Positions 19,481 to 29,698 of a stretch of DNA of 50,581 bases are shown piece after piece. The stretch is taken from positions 1 through 50,581 of the forward strand of contig CAXBME010000043.1 of NCBI GenBank assembly GCA_963976765.1, given 5' to 3'. Made by a program: the position numbers and the translations under genes. Numbering within the stretch: position 1 is the first letter of the stretch; every line of letters starts with the position of its first letter. The notes under the pieces were generated by a model. That model did not search any database. It was not told where the DNA came from and saw nothing but the letters and a program-made list of their open reading frames with translations. The stretch comes from an uncultured Planctomycetaceae bacterium (GTDB lineage: Bacteria; Planctomycetota; Planctomycetia; Planctomycetales; Planctomycetaceae).

Positions 19481-20188
19481 TTATTCCGCGTCGGCGCTGT
19501 AGAGAATGCGTCCGCAGCTTTTGCAGAAGACGAGCTTTGCCGTGCGGACTTCGACGATGTCCTGAGGCGAAAGTTCGACGAAGCATTCCGAGCAGGCGTT
19601 GGCGTCGAGCGGTGCCAGTGTCGACGGGCCGTGAGCCTCAACGAGCCGGCGATAAAGGCCCATTTCTTTTGCAGGCAGGCACTTTTCGGCTTCGCGCAGT
19701 TCTTCGGTCAGAGCAGCAGCCTGCTCTTTAACCTTTGGTTCAAGTTCGGAAAACTCCGCCCTGGATTTCTGGAGCTTCGCAGCTGCATCCTTCAGTTCAA
19801 CTTCCAGCTGCTCCAGCGCAACCTTTTCCGCGTCGACCTGTTCGAGCAACTCGAGGTATTCAGTTTCGATGTTCTCGTTGTCGGCTTCAGCTTTGGCGAT
19901 CTGGCTCTTGAAAATGTCAAATTCGACATTTGATTTGGCCTGGTTCAGTTTCGACTTCGTGTCGGCAACAGTCTGTTCGTTGGTTCGAAACTGAAGATTC
20001 TTCTGGTCGGCGGCTTTCTGCTGCTCGGTGATCCTGGTTTTCTGCGCGTCGATTTCGGCCTGTTTGGCATCCAGACGCTTTTCAAAAACGGCGATCTGAC
20101 GCGGGCCGCTTTCTAGCTGCCTGTAGCACGCATCAAGAGCCAGATGTACCTGATGAAGTTCTCGAAGGCCGCCGGTGGCTGAACTCAT
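19481..20188 (-). CDS. Coiled-coil protein with C-terminal C4 zinc ribbon (DUF164/HP0958/CT398-like)
   Basis: Long heptad coiled coil ending in CSEC...CKSCGRILY; GGAG upstream of ATG 20188. Confidence 0.85.
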   Translation of the reverse strand: MSSATGGLRELHQVHLALDACYRQLESGPRQIAVFEKRLDAKQAEIDAQKTRITEQQKAADQKNLQFRTNEQTVADTKSKLNQAKSNVEFDIFKSQIAKAEADNENIETEYLELLEQVDAEKVALEQLEVELKDAAAKLQKSRAEFSELEPKVKEQAAALTEELREAEKCLPAKEMGLYRRLVEAHGPSTLAPLDANACSECFVELSPQDIVEVRTAKLVFCKSCGRILYSADAE

Positions 20189-20316
20189 GACACACTCCAG
20201 AGACTCTTTACAGGAAATACCACTCAAACCTGCGCGGAGCTTATTCGATTGGTTGCAGAGTTGCGAGCAGGAGAGTTGCCAGCAGGACTGTACGTGAGGG
20301 AAGCCTCAACCTGCCT

Positions 20317-21336
20317 CTACGCCAGACGTTTGCCGTACTGAGTTTCGTAGTAGTCGCGGTACTGGCCGCTTTGGATTCGCTCGGCCCAGCCTTTGTTGGC
20401 GAGGTACCAGTCGATCGTGCTGCGGAGGCCGGTTTCGAAATCCATCTGCGGCTTCCAGCCGAGTTCGTGCTCGACTCGCGTGGTGTCGATGGCGTAGCGA
20501 AAATCGTGTCCCGCTCGGTCCTCAACGTGGCGAATCAGCGTGCGAGGCTTGCCCAGTGCGTCCAGCAGTTTGAAGGTCAGTTCGATGTTCTGTAGTTCGC
20601 TGTTGCCACCGAAATTGTAGACTTCGCCAGGGACTCCCTTTCGGAGGGCGACGTCAATTCCCCGGCAATGATCCAGCACGTGGATCCAGTCTCGCACGTT
20701 GTTGCCTTTGCCGTAGACCGGCAACGCCTCGTCTTTCAAGGCGTTTGAGATGAACAGCGGAATCAGCTTTTCGGGAAACTGGTACGGTCCATAGTTGTTG
20801 GAGCATCGCGTCGTGATCGCCGGGAAGCCGTACGTGTGAAAATAAGCTCGCACCAGAAGGTCTGCTGCGGTTTTGGAGGCCGAATACGGACTGTTGGGAG
20901 CGAGCGGCGTGTCTTCAGTGAAGTAGCCGTCTTCGCCGAGCGTACCGTAAACTTCGTCAGTCGAAACCTGCAAATAGCGACCGATACCGGCGTTCCGGCT
21001 GGCGTCGAGCAGCACCTGAGTTCCGACGATGTTTGTTTGAATGAATGGGCCGGAATCAAGAATACTGCGATCGACGTGGCTCTCAGCGGCGAAGTTGACG
21101 ACGGCGTCGACCGATGCCGAAGCCAGCACGCGGTCGACGAACTCCCGGTCGCAGATGTCGCCTCGCTCGAAGCGGTATCGTGGGTCGTTTTCAATATCGG
21201 CCAGATTTTCGAGGTTGCCGGCGTAAGTCAGCTTGTCGACGTTGATGATCTCGACGTCGGGGTACGTCTCAAGCTGCTGACGGACAAAATTCGAGCCAAT
21301 AAATCCGCAGCCGCCGGTAACAAGCAGAGTCCTCAT
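20317..21336 (-). CDS. rfbB: dTDP-glucose 4,6-dehydratase
   Basis: LVTGGCGFIGSNF, DKLTYAGN, AAESHVDRSI, STDEVYG, PNSPYSASK, NNYGPYQFPEKLIP. Confidence 0.97.
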   Translation of the reverse strand: MRTLLVTGGCGFIGSNFVRQQLETYPDVEIINVDKLTYAGNLENLADIENDPRYRFERGDICDREFVDRVLASASVDAVVNFAAESHVDRSILDSGPFIQTNIVGTQVLLDASRNAGIGRYLQVSTDEVYGTLGEDGYFTEDTPLAPNSPYSASKTAADLLVRAYFHTYGFPAITTRCSNNYGPYQFPEKLIPLFISNALKDEALPVYGKGNNVRDWIHVLDHCRGIDVALRKGVPGEVYNFGGNSELQNIELTFKLLDALGKPRTLIRHVEDRAGHDFRYAIDTTRVEHELGWKPQMDFETGLRSTIDWYLANKGWAERIQSGQYRDYYETQYGKRLA

Positions 21337-21470
21337 TCGACATCCCTTCGAATCATAGTCGTACAAGCTGGGAGATCCCTTCGCCTGTCAGCGTTCTGGG
21401 AACCTCGCGGAATCGTAGCGGAGATCGCCCGATTTTGTGACAGGAAAACGACGAATTCGGCAGCCGCCTG

Positions 21471-22973
21471 TCAGTCTGCCAAAACGCAGCGATTTTCTGC
21501 CCAGGCTCGCAGTGATTCAACCTTTTCAGCGGACAGGACGGCCAGTGGGCGAGTCTTTTTAATCTCGCTGAGAATGTGCTGGTCCGAGAGTTGGTTCCGC
21601 TCACAGAAGGCGGCAAAAAGTGCGGAAACGACAGCCTGCTCGATTTCTGCGCCGCTGAAGTTGTGACAGGCTTTGGCGAGAGCCGGCAGGTTAAATTTCG
21701 ACGGGTCGCGTTTGCGACGTTCGAGGTGGATGCCCAGAACCTGCTCCCTCGCGGCTTGAGAGGGCAGGTCGACGAAAAAGACTTCGTCGAAGCGGCCTTT
21801 CCGCATCAGCTCGGGCGGTAACGCCGAGATGTCGTTGGCCGTGGCGACGATGAAGATCGGATGCCGATGATCCTGCATCCACGACAGCAGAGTTCCAAAC
21901 ATGCGCTGCGAAAGGCCGCCGTCTGAACTGTCGCCAGATGCGGATGCAAAGGCCTTTTCGATTTCGTCGATCCACAGCACGACGGGGGCCATCGATTCAG
22001 CCTGGAGCAATGCCTGACGAAGCTGGCTCTCGCTCTCGCCGATAAATTTCTGATAGAGCACTCCTGGGTCGAGCCTGAGCAGCGGCATGTTCCAGTCCGA
22101 GGCGACGACTTTGGCGCACAGGCTCTTCCCGCAACCGGGCACGCCGAGCATCAGGACTCCGCGAGGCGGCTCGATTCCGTATTCCCTGGCCTGTCGTGAG
22201 AAGCCGCCTCGTCGTTGTCGCAGCCAGCCTTTCAGGTTGCGCAGTCCGCCAATGTCGTCGACTGAGAAGTCGACGGCGATATCTTCCAGGCTGCCCATGT
22301 TTCCCAGCAACGTTCGCTTGGCTTCAACCAGTCGAGGCAGGTCTTCGACGGTCAGGGCGAAGTCGTCATATATGGCTGCGGCGACGACCCGGCCCACGTC
22401 TTTGAGGCTGAGCCCGCGCAGCGTCTGGACCATCTGTTCGGCGTCGCGTTTTGTCACGCTCGACATGACGGTGGTGTCAGAGTTTCGGCGGATTTTCTGG
22501 AAGGTCTGTTTGACAATCTGCTCAATTTCGTCGGTCGTCGGCCAGCCGATGTCGAACCGCACGGTCAGTCGTCGAACGTCGTCGGGGAGCGATTTTGCAT
22601 CGAGAAAGATGATCGTCGCGCCGCGTTGCTCAAGTGTTGATTCGAGATCCCGGATCATCCGCACGACGAACGCATCTTTGCAGTGCGGTGCGAAGTCGCG
22701 GACAGTGTAAATGGCGCCTTCGGTGTTCTGCCCGATGAAGTCCAGAGCCGCAGCCGCTTTCGGACCTTCGACGGTTGGCAGCCCTGGGACTCCGTCGCGA
22801 TCAATTTTTCGCAGCCCGCGAGTCATTGACCAGTCGTACAGAGTAGTGTTGCGAAGGGACGCGGCGGCCAGAACGATTTTCGTGGCACGCTGTTCGTCGT
22901 CGGTTTCGATCGAGACCAGCGAATTGCCGGACTGCATGAGCAGATTCAGATTCTGAGCAAGTTCTGACGGCAT
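21471..22973 (-). CDS. Ycf46-like AAA+ ATPase
   Basis: IGGLRNLK; Walker A GVPGCGKS; Walker [32 protein letters not shown]; degenerate N-terminal AAA domain. Confidence 0.9.
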   Translation of the reverse strand: MPSELAQNLNLLMQSGNSLVSIETDDEQRATKIVLAAASLRNTTLYDWSMTRGLRKIDRDGVPGLPTVEGPKAAAALDFIGQNTEGAIYTVRDFAPHCKDAFVVRMIRDLESTLEQRGATIIFLDAKSLPDDVRRLTVRFDIGWPTTDEIEQIVKQTFQKIRRNSDTTVMSSVTKRDAEQMVQTLRGLSLKDVGRVVAAAIYDDFALTVEDLPRLVEAKRTLLGNMGSLEDIAVDFSVDDIGGLRNLKGWLRQRRGGFSRQAREYGIEPPRGVLMLGVPGCGKSLCAKVVASDWNMPLLRLDPGVLYQKFIGESESQLRQALLQAESMAPVVLWIDEIEKAFASASGDSSDGGLSQRMFGTLLSWMQDHRHPIFIVATANDISALPPELMRKGRFDEVFFVDLPSQAAREQVLGIHLERRKRDPSKFNLPALAKACHNFSGAEIEQAVVSALFAAFCERNQLSDQHILSEIKKTRPLAVLSAEKVESLRAWAENRCVLAD

Positions 22974-23004
22974 GAGCAAAGTTCCGTATCGCGACAGTCT
23001 GAGA

Positions 23005-23073
23005 GTCGGGTGCGTCTCGATGCACCAGTCTGAGCTGTTGGCTGCTTTGCCGGTGCGTCTGGACGCACCCTAC
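23005..23073. repeat. GTAG-type REP doublet (REPIN)
   Basis: GTCGGGTGCGTCTCGATGCACC (23005-23026) is inverted relative to GGTGCGTCTGGACGCACCCTAC (23052-23073), which reads GTAG + palindrome on the minus strand. Confidence 0.7.
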
Positions 23074-23098
23074 GGAAAAAGCCGCTTTCAGAGCGAGG

Positions 23099-24028
23099 TT
23101 AAACCCGGTTGCGGTACGACTCGCTGGCTTTCATCAGGATTTCGTTTTCCTCAGGTGTCAGGCTGCCTCTTCCCTCGCGGTTAATCTTGTCCAGGACGCG
23201 ATCCATGTCGCGTTCAAGTTGTTCAGACGGAGGCTCGTACAGCTTCACTTCGGGAGCCCGTTTCGGGTTTGGCTTTCGTTTTGGCTTCAGTTTTGAAAGC
23301 ATGCCGGTTACCGAGAAACCTGATGATGACGGCGCTGAAAACGAGTGCCGACTGCCCGGCAGGATTCTCATTCCTGACAGGAAGTAGAGGACTCCGACGG
23401 CTGCTCCGCCAAGATGTGCAAAGTTGGCGACGTTTCCACCAGAGTCACCAGCCACCTGGTACAGATCCAGGCCAACGTAGCCGACGGCGATCCACTTGAG
23501 TTCGATCGGGACAGGAATAAACAACAGGTGCATCGGTGCTCGTGGAAAGTTCATCGCGGCGAGAGTGACGAATCCCAGAACGCCGCCGGAAGCTCCGATG
23601 ACGGAAATTGGAACGCTGGACGCTGTCGAAACCGCGATCTGGCAGAGCCCGCTCATCCCGACGGCCAGTCCGAAAAACGCCAGGGTTTCTTTGGAGCCGT
23701 AGACGGTCTCGACCATTCGTCCGAAGACCCAGACACCGATCATGTTGAATAGAAGGTGTTGGACGTGAGCGTGGCAGATTCCGTAGGTGAAGACTCGCCA
23801 GAGTTGCAGACTTTTAAGACCAGTCAGGTCGAGCGAAAACAGATCAGTGATCCCGCCGGTCAGTTGCCCGCGTATTCCCTGTCCGGTAGCACTCTGCAGA
23901 AAGTATGTCGCGATGCAGACGCCGATGATCCACTTAACGGCCCAGCCGTCCTGTCGGAATCCTCGTGATGGCTGCATCGGGCCGCGAGGCTCGTCGTCAC
24001 GATAATAGTCGCGATTGGAGATGCCCAT
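23099..24028 (-). CDS. Rhomboid family intramembrane serine protease with C-terminal DUF6576-like domain
   Basis: WR motif, HLLFNM, GASG catalytic Ser, AHLGG catalytic His; C-terminal DRVLDKINREGRGSLT. Confidence 0.93.
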   Translation of the reverse strand: MGISNRDYYRDDEPRGPMQPSRGFRQDGWAVKWIIGVCIATYFLQSATGQGIRGQLTGGITDLFSLDLTGLKSLQLWRVFTYGICHAHVQHLLFNMIGVWVFGRMVETVYGSKETLAFFGLAVGMSGLCQIAVSTASSVPISVIGASGGVLGFVTLAAMNFPRAPMHLLFIPVPIELKWIAVGYVGLDLYQVAGDSGGNVANFAHLGGAAVGVLYFLSGMRILPGSRHSFSAPSSSGFSVTGMLSKLKPKRKPNPKRAPEVKLYEPPSEQLERDMDRVLDKINREGRGSLTPEENEILMKASESYRNRV

Positions 24029-24204
24029 CGAATCACCATCCTGTGGAACGAGTTCGCTTCTGTCGCAGAATCTGGTCTGGAACCTGGTCACGAGTCAGTC
24101 GCGGACGATGGTACCGGAGAAGCAGGTTTCCGAGAAGTTCTGACTTTGAACGTTGTCAACGATTGCAGGCTTGTCGAAAGCGGAACACCGTCACATGGGA
24201 GACC

Positions 24205-25104
24205 TTACTCACCAACGCCCGAGGCTGTCGGAGCGGTTGATTCTTCGATGCTGGGCAGCGATGCGACGAGTTGCCGGTTGCGGTCTCGCAGAGCCTGGAC
24301 CTCGTCAAACATTACTTTGAGATTGTGGCGGATTTCGGCAACTTCAAGTTGAGCCACGTTCCGCTTTTCATCGAGAATCTCAATCGCTTTGACCTGTCCG
24401 TCGATCATGTGGTCAGGCAGGACGCCTCGGTCACCTGAGAGACTCTGATCGCCGTGAAGTTCGACGTCTCGGTAGTTGAGGTGCTCATTCGCGATTTGAA
24501 CTTCGCGTGCCCGAGTATCGCGAAGGTCGCTTTTAGCGGCCAGAAGTTCGTCTTTGGCCAGCAGTACCTGCGAATACCGCAGCAGAGTTTCCGGGGCGTT
24601 CGTCGGAACCGAGCCGTAAACGCGGCAGTCGTTGCCGAAGATGAAGGTCCGGCTCCAGTTGGCCGTTTCAGAAGCTCGCAGTGGCCAGGCCGCGACCGCG
24701 GCGCTTCGTCCGGCTTCGACGACCGTGACCTTGAACGGCCCGACGTAGTTGGAACCACCGTCCTGGCTGGGGCCGAAGACGTGGATGATCTGGTCCATCC
24801 GGATTCCCGATGCCGGACCGATTCCGTTCATAACGATGCCGTCGTTCCCGTTGGGAGCAATCGCGACATTGGCACCGATCATGGGAGCCCATAGCTGCAT
24901 CAGCAGGTCGTACTGTGATCGTGTGGCGAAGAGTTCCTGCTCAGTTTTGCCGACGTCAGGGATCGACTTTTCATACGCATCCCGTTTGGTCGCGACGGAT
25001 TTCATCCATTCGTTGCGAACCTGAAGCGTCTGGCTGGTCGACCAGATGGCGACTCCAGCGAGAATCAGTGTCAGGCCCAGCAGGATTTTACCGAGAATAT
25101 GCAT
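24205..25104 (-). CDS. Hypothetical membrane-anchored coiled-coil protein
   Basis: N-terminal hydrophobic helix (GKILLGLTLILAGVAIW); helical C-terminus; GAGG upstream. Confidence 0.7.
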   Translation of the reverse strand: MHILGKILLGLTLILAGVAIWSTSQTLQVRNEWMKSVATKRDAYEKSIPDVGKTEQELFATRSQYDLLMQLWAPMIGANVAIAPNGNDGIVMNGIGPASGIRMDQIIHVFGPSQDGGSNYVGPFKVTVVEAGRSAAVAAWPLRASETANWSRTFIFGNDCRVYGSVPTNAPETLLRYSQVLLAKDELLAAKSDLRDTRAREVQIANEHLNYRDVELHGDQSLSGDRGVLPDHMIDGQVKAIEILDEKRNVAQLEVAEIRHNLKVMFDEVQALRDRNRQLVASLPSIEESTAPTASGVGE

Positions 25105-25552
25105 TCGCCCAGCCTCGCGGGGAACGGAGTAAAAAGTGAGATCAGTTCGTCGTTACGATCGGCAGGGTTTATCCGCAGGATCGAATTCTCTGCCCTGAAT
25201 GAACATTCGCGCCGGAACACCTCTTCGGCATCGTCGGCGGAAGATCGTCGACTTCAGTCTAACGGGCCATCTTAGGAGTGCTTTGAAAGCACGGTCAAGC
25301 AGATTCAAATTGGACGAAACATCGCGACAATGACAGGAATGCCGGTCTCGAATGAAAACGTAACCTGTTTCAGATTTACCGGTTGCGCAGCTGATGGTTG
25401 GACGGATTGAAACGGTTTGAACGGAAGCAGGTCACGAGGCGCGACCGAGCCGGGCCGCTCAACCGCTCTTGCCGCCATTTGCCGATTTCCGCAAGAATCG
25501 GCGGTTGTCAATTTGTAGATTTTCCATTCACCTCCGCAGGGAAGCGCGAGTT

Positions 25553-25870
25553 ATGCGACGACTGTTTGCGATGTTCTTTGGGTTCGGCCTGGGGCTGGCG
25601 GCGATGTTCATGGCCTTTCAGGTCCACGTCGTGAAAACCGACACCGACTGGCACTTTGTCCGGAAACAGGAAACTCAGCTTGCCGACTTTTATGTCGACA
25701 TCCGCAAATGGGACCACGACGAGTGGAATCGGCATCCCGATTTCCAGAAGGCTCTGGTCGAGGCGGGGAAAACGGAACTGCTGCCGACGCCCGAGCCTGA
25801 AGAGTTGCTCAACGAAGCCATGCGGCATTGGGACACGGCCAAACGAGTTCTCGAGGCCGTCCGCAAGTAA
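25553..25870 (+). CDS. Small hypothetical membrane protein
   Basis: Hydrophobic N-terminus followed by HVVKT...YVDIRKW...WNRHP; start placed at ATG 25553. Confidence 0.7.
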   Translation: MRRLFAMFFGFGLGLAAMFMAFQVHVVKTDTDWHFVRKQETQLADFYVDIRKWDHDEWNRHPDFQKALVEAGKTELLPTPEPEELLNEAMRHWDTAKRVLEAVRK

Positions 25871-25915
25871 CGCCCCTTGTATTTAGTAGAGTCTGTGAAT
25901 CAACAGTCCGAAAAC

Positions 25916-25978
25916 GTAGGACGCCGTCTTACGCACCTCTGATTCGGGTTTTCTCTGGTGCGTCGAGGCGTACCTTGC
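25916..25978. repeat. Degenerate GTAG-type REP doublet, same family as 23005-23073
   Basis: GTAGGACGCCGTCTTACGCACC ... GGTGCGTCGAGGCGTACCTTGC shares the ACGCACC/GGTGCGTC cores. Confidence 0.5.
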
Positions 25979-26034
25979 GAGACTGCTGAGCATCTTAAGT
26001 CTCGCCAATACCTAAGCACTAAGCACAGGCTGCC

Positions 26035-27027
26035 ATGACGGAAAAGTTTCCGAGCAGACAACGTCAGCCTGAGCTGACAGCGACTCGCCGGAACTTTCTG
26101 CGCGCGTGCGGGATGGCTGGCGCATCGGTGATTGCGGGTTGTCAGTCGACAAAAAAGACGGCGGACCTGCCTGTGATCAGTCTGCCGGGGCGGCATTCGG
26201 TGCAGGCAGACCAGCTTGTTCTGCTCAGTGATTTCCGCATCGACTACAACCATGCAGTGATTGCCGATCTGAAAAAGTTGCGAGGCGACGTGCTTCGCGT
26301 TCTGGAGCTGACGCCGTCCGAGCAGCCGGTCGTCGTGTACCTCTTCGAGAACGAACAGCTCTATTACGACTATCTGAAATCGACGTGGCCGATGCTTCCC
26401 TACCGGCGAGCGTACTTCTTCGGAAACTCGTACGAACTGGCCGTTTACACTTCCTGGGGCGACACGGTCCAGGAAGATCTGCGGCACGAATTCACACACG
26501 GGCTGCTGCACTCAACATTGCGGACAGTCCCGCTGTGGCTGGACGAGGGCATTGCCGAATACTTTGAAGAGGCCGGGGACGAGCCTGGGGTGGTCAAGCG
26601 GAAGGCGGTTGAGCGGCTGTCGCTGGCCATGTCCAACGGCTGGAAGCCGAGCATGACCCGGTTGGAAGGTCTTGAAGAAGTCGCTGACATGGGGCAGTCG
26701 GACTACGAGGAATCGTGGGCGTGGATCCACTTCATCCTGCACGGCGATCCGGCTGTTCGCCAAATCCTGATCGACTATCTCGCCGACCTGCGGACGACGT
26801 TGAATCCCGAGCCGCTCAGCAATCGACTTGACGAAACCATGCTGACGGCGAACGACCGATTTGCCAGCTACGTCGCGTCGCTTAACACTTTCGGCTGGCC
26901 CGACGGTCGCTCTGCCGAACGCCGACATCCGCGCGGCGATAAAACAGCCAACGTGTCGAGTGATTCCGCCAGCGTGGCGAAGCCACCGTCTCGAAGTGTC
27001 CTGGACCTTCTTAAATTCAAACGCTGA
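26035..27027 (+). CDS. Tat-exported lipoprotein, DUF1570-like HExxH metallopeptidase
   Basis: TRRNFL twin-arginine motif, IAGC lipobox, LRHEFTH...PLWLDEGIAEYFE, Y...WAWIHF. Confidence 0.8.
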   Translation: MTEKFPSRQRQPELTATRRNFLRACGMAGASVIAGCQSTKKTADLPVISLPGRHSVQADQLVLLSDFRIDYNHAVIADLKKLRGDVLRVLELTPSEQPVVVYLFENEQLYYDYLKSTWPMLPYRRAYFFGNSYELAVYTSWGDTVQEDLRHEFTHGLLHSTLRTVPLWLDEGIAEYFEEAGDEPGVVKRKAVERLSLAMSNGWKPSMTRLEGLEEVADMGQSDYEESWAWIHFILHGDPAVRQILIDYLADLRTTLNPEPLSNRLDETMLTANDRFASYVASLNTFGWPDGRSAERRHPRGDKTANVSSDSASVAKPPSRSVLDLLKFKR

Positions 27028-27179
27028 CCGATTGTAGATCCCGCTGAAGCCCGTAGGCTGCGACGTGTCCCAGCAATGGGACAAGCTGGTTTTGACCCAG
27101 CCTGCTCGCTCACTACTTATGTAAAAAGTTGAGGATCAGTGTCTATTCGCGAAGATCAGCGTTCCTTCAAACTCGCTTT

Positions 27180-28157
27180 TCACAACCGTTCTTCGTTGCC
27201 GTTTGGCTGTTCGTGCTCCATCGTCCAGCCGGGCAGCGTAACTGATTCCTGAGGCTCGACGAGTTTGCCGTACAGCTCTGGCCGGCGGGCGTTAATGTAG
27301 CGGTGCCCTGAAGACAGCTTCAGTTTGTCCGGAGTCAGCAGCCCGACGACGACGGAATCTTCCAGCGAGTTTGTTTCAACAAGCACTTCGCCGAACGGGT
27401 CGAGGATCATCGACAGGCCCGGCTTGACCGTGTCGTAGTCCCAGCCGACGGGATTGCTGAAGACCGCGTAGATTCCGTTTTCCCACGCGCGAGCCGGCAG
27501 CCATTTCATCAGCCACTCGCGACCTTTCGGCCCGTTGAATTCCTGCCGCAGCCGCACAGGATCGCGATGGCGGTTCTCCCAGAGTTGCCGGTCGATCTTG
27601 CCTCGACCAGGCATCGGAGAAGGCAGTCCGCAGGTGACGTGCGGCATGAAAATAATCTCCGCACCGAGCATCGTCGTCAGGCGGACGTTCTCGCACAGGT
27701 TGTTGTCGTAGCAAATGAGGAATCCAACCCTGCAGTCGAGCAGGTCGATCACATTGTAGCCTTCGCCCGGCGTCAGGTGAGGATTCACAAACGGGTGCAG
27801 CTTGCGGAACTTCGTGATGAATCCGTCCGGCCCGACGGTGACGTAGCAGTTGTAGATTTGCCCGTCCGGCTCGATTTCGAATAATCCGGCCATGACGACT
27901 GTTGAAAACTCTTGCGCGATTCTGGTGAGTTTTCGCACGGATGGGCCGTCGGGCACGGGCTCGGCGACGTCTGCCAACTGCGGATGAGAGAGCGGTTGCA
28001 CCCATGTGTAGCCTGGAATGCAGCCTTCGTGAAAGCTGACGATCTCGGCACCCTGCTCAACGGCCTCGCGAGTCAGGTCGCGAATTCGTCCGAGATTGAA
28101 CTCGGGATCGTGGTCCCGGTTTTCGAACTGAGCAGTCGCGATTCGAATTTCACGCAT
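27180..28157 (-). CDS. Nitrilase/carbon-nitrogen hydrolase family protein
   Basis: Glu-Lys-Cys triad motifs FHE, RKLH and ICYD; ARAWENGIY; RRPELY; start placed at MREIRIATAQ. Confidence 0.92.
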   Translation of the reverse strand: MREIRIATAQFENRDHDPEFNLGRIRDLTREAVEQGAEIVSFHEGCIPGYTWVQPLSHPQLADVAEPVPDGPSVRKLTRIAQEFSTVVMAGLFEIEPDGQIYNCYVTVGPDGFITKFRKLHPFVNPHLTPGEGYNVIDLLDCRVGFLICYDNNLCENVRLTTMLGAEIIFMPHVTCGLPSPMPGRGKIDRQLWENRHRDPVRLRQEFNGPKGREWLMKWLPARAWENGIYAVFSNPVGWDYDTVKPGLSMILDPFGEVLVETNSLEDSVVVGLLTPDKLKLSSGHRYINARRPELYGKLVEPQESVTLPGWTMEHEQPNGNEERL

Positions 28158-28375
28158 CGTTCGAACTTTCGCTACAGGACTATTGTTGGGTGATGAGAGA
28201 ATGTGAGAGGTTTGGCGAGGTCGGGGCAAGCGTTGATTGACGTGAATCCAATTTTGTTCGAAACAGCTCAGGTAGCAGTTGTCAGTCGATTGCGGACGTC
28301 TGGAGCAGTCGTACAATCGTGGACACCTTTCAGAACTTTCCCGCCACGATTTACATCAACAGGAACGGCTCCACC

Positions 28376-29662
28376 ATGTCTAACAATGTTGTCAGTCTTG
28401 TACTCGGCGGTGGTCGAGGAACTCGTCTGTTTCCTTTGACCGAACATCGCTCGAAGCCGGCTGTACCGTTGGCCGGGAATTATCGACTGATCGACATTCC
28501 GATTTCAAATTGCCTGAACTGCGGAATGAACAAGATTTATGTACTGACGCAGTTTAATTCGGTGAGTCTGCACCGGCACATGCGGCAGACCTATCGGTTC
28601 GACCGGTTCGGCGAGGGCTTTGTGGAAATCCTCGCCGCCCAGCAGACCAACGAGGGCGAAACCTGGTATCAGGGAACCGCCGACGCTGTCCGCAAGCAGT
28701 TGCGGTACATTCAGCAGCCGGAAATCGAGCACGTTCTTGTGCTTTCGGGGGATCAGCTATACCGGATGGATTTTCAGGCGATGATGAAGACTCATCTGGA
28801 ATCAAACGCCGATGCCACCATCGCGTCGCTGCCTGTCAGCGACGAAGACGCCAAAGGCTTCGGCGTGATGCGGATTGATGAGAAAGGCCGGGTTCATGGC
28901 TTTCTGGAAAAGCCACAGGAAAAGTCTGAAATGGACATCGTCCGGATGGATCCTGCCTGGATCGACGCTCAGGGAATTCCGAGCAACGGTCGCAGCATGC
29001 TGGCCAGCATGGGCATCTATCTGTTTAAACGGGATGTGCTCGTCGATCTGCTTGAAAAATCCACGTATACCGACTTCGGCAAAGAGATTTTTCCGATGTC
29101 GATTCGCGTCCGCCGGGTCCACGTTCACCTGTTCGACGGGTACTGGGAAGACATCGGAACCATCCGGTCGTTTTACGATGCTAACCTGGCTCTGGCCTCA
29201 GCGAATCCGCCGTTTAATCTGATCGACGAAGCCAATCCCATCTTTACACGAGCCCGATCGCTGGCACCGGCTCGGATTCTCGATGCGAGCGTGAAGAAGG
29301 CGCTGGTCACCAACGGCGCATTCATCGAAGACAAAGTCACGATTGAAAACAGCATCGTTGGCCTGCGCTGTCATGTGGGGCAGGGGGCTTCGGTCAAAAA
29401 TACGATCGTCATGGGAGCCGACTTCTACGAAAGCGATTGCGACCGTACTGACGAATCCGGCGATCTGCCTCCGGTCGGCATCGGAGCCGGTACGGTGATC
29501 GACGGGGCGATCGTCGACAAGAATGCCCGCATCGGGAAAAACTGCCAGATCGTGATGCGCGACGGCCTGGAATCCAACTGCGATATCAATGGCGTCTATA
29601 TCCGAGACGGCATCATCTGCATTCCGAAAGACGCCATCCTCCCCAACGGCTGGAAGCTGTAG
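28376..29662 (+). CDS. glgC: Glucose-1-phosphate adenylyltransferase
   Basis: LGGGRGTRLFPLT...SKPAVP, WYQGTADAVR, LSGDQLYRMD, ASMGIY, DFGKEI, YWEDIGT, C-terminal beta-helix. Confidence 0.97.
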   Translation: MSNNVVSLVLGGGRGTRLFPLTEHRSKPAVPLAGNYRLIDIPISNCLNCGMNKIYVLTQFNSVSLHRHMRQTYRFDRFGEGFVEILAAQQTNEGETWYQGTADAVRKQLRYIQQPEIEHVLVLSGDQLYRMDFQAMMKTHLESNADATIASLPVSDEDAKGFGVMRIDEKGRVHGFLEKPQEKSEMDIVRMDPAWIDAQGIPSNGRSMLASMGIYLFKRDVLVDLLEKSTYTDFGKEIFPMSIRVRRVHVHLFDGYWEDIGTIRSFYDANLALASANPPFNLIDEANPIFTRARSLAPARILDASVKKALVTNGAFIEDKVTIENSIVGLRCHVGQGASVKNTIVMGADFYESDCDRTDESGDLPPVGIGAGTVIDGAIVDKNARIGKNCQIVMRDGLESNCDINGVYIRDGIICIPKDAILPNGWKL

Positions 29663-29698
29663 GCTGATGGGAATTGCGATTGTTGAGGGGAGACGCTG

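Noticed and set aside
19225..19641. N-terminal 139-aa extension of the 766-aa ORF
   Set aside because: It overlaps the zinc-ribbon gene and looks non-protein-like; a good RBS precedes ATG 19224.
20257..20288. 15-bp near-tandem duplication GAGTTGCGAGCAGGA/GAGTTGCCAGCAGGA
   Set aside because: Only two copies with no spacers; not a CRISPR array or a meaningful repeat.
20317..21336. rfbB without neighbouring rml genes
   Set aside because: Dispersed rhamnose-pathway genes are ordinary; no polysaccharide cluster is evident here.
26012..26026. Heptamer tandem CTAAGCA x2
   Set aside because: Too short to distinguish from chance.
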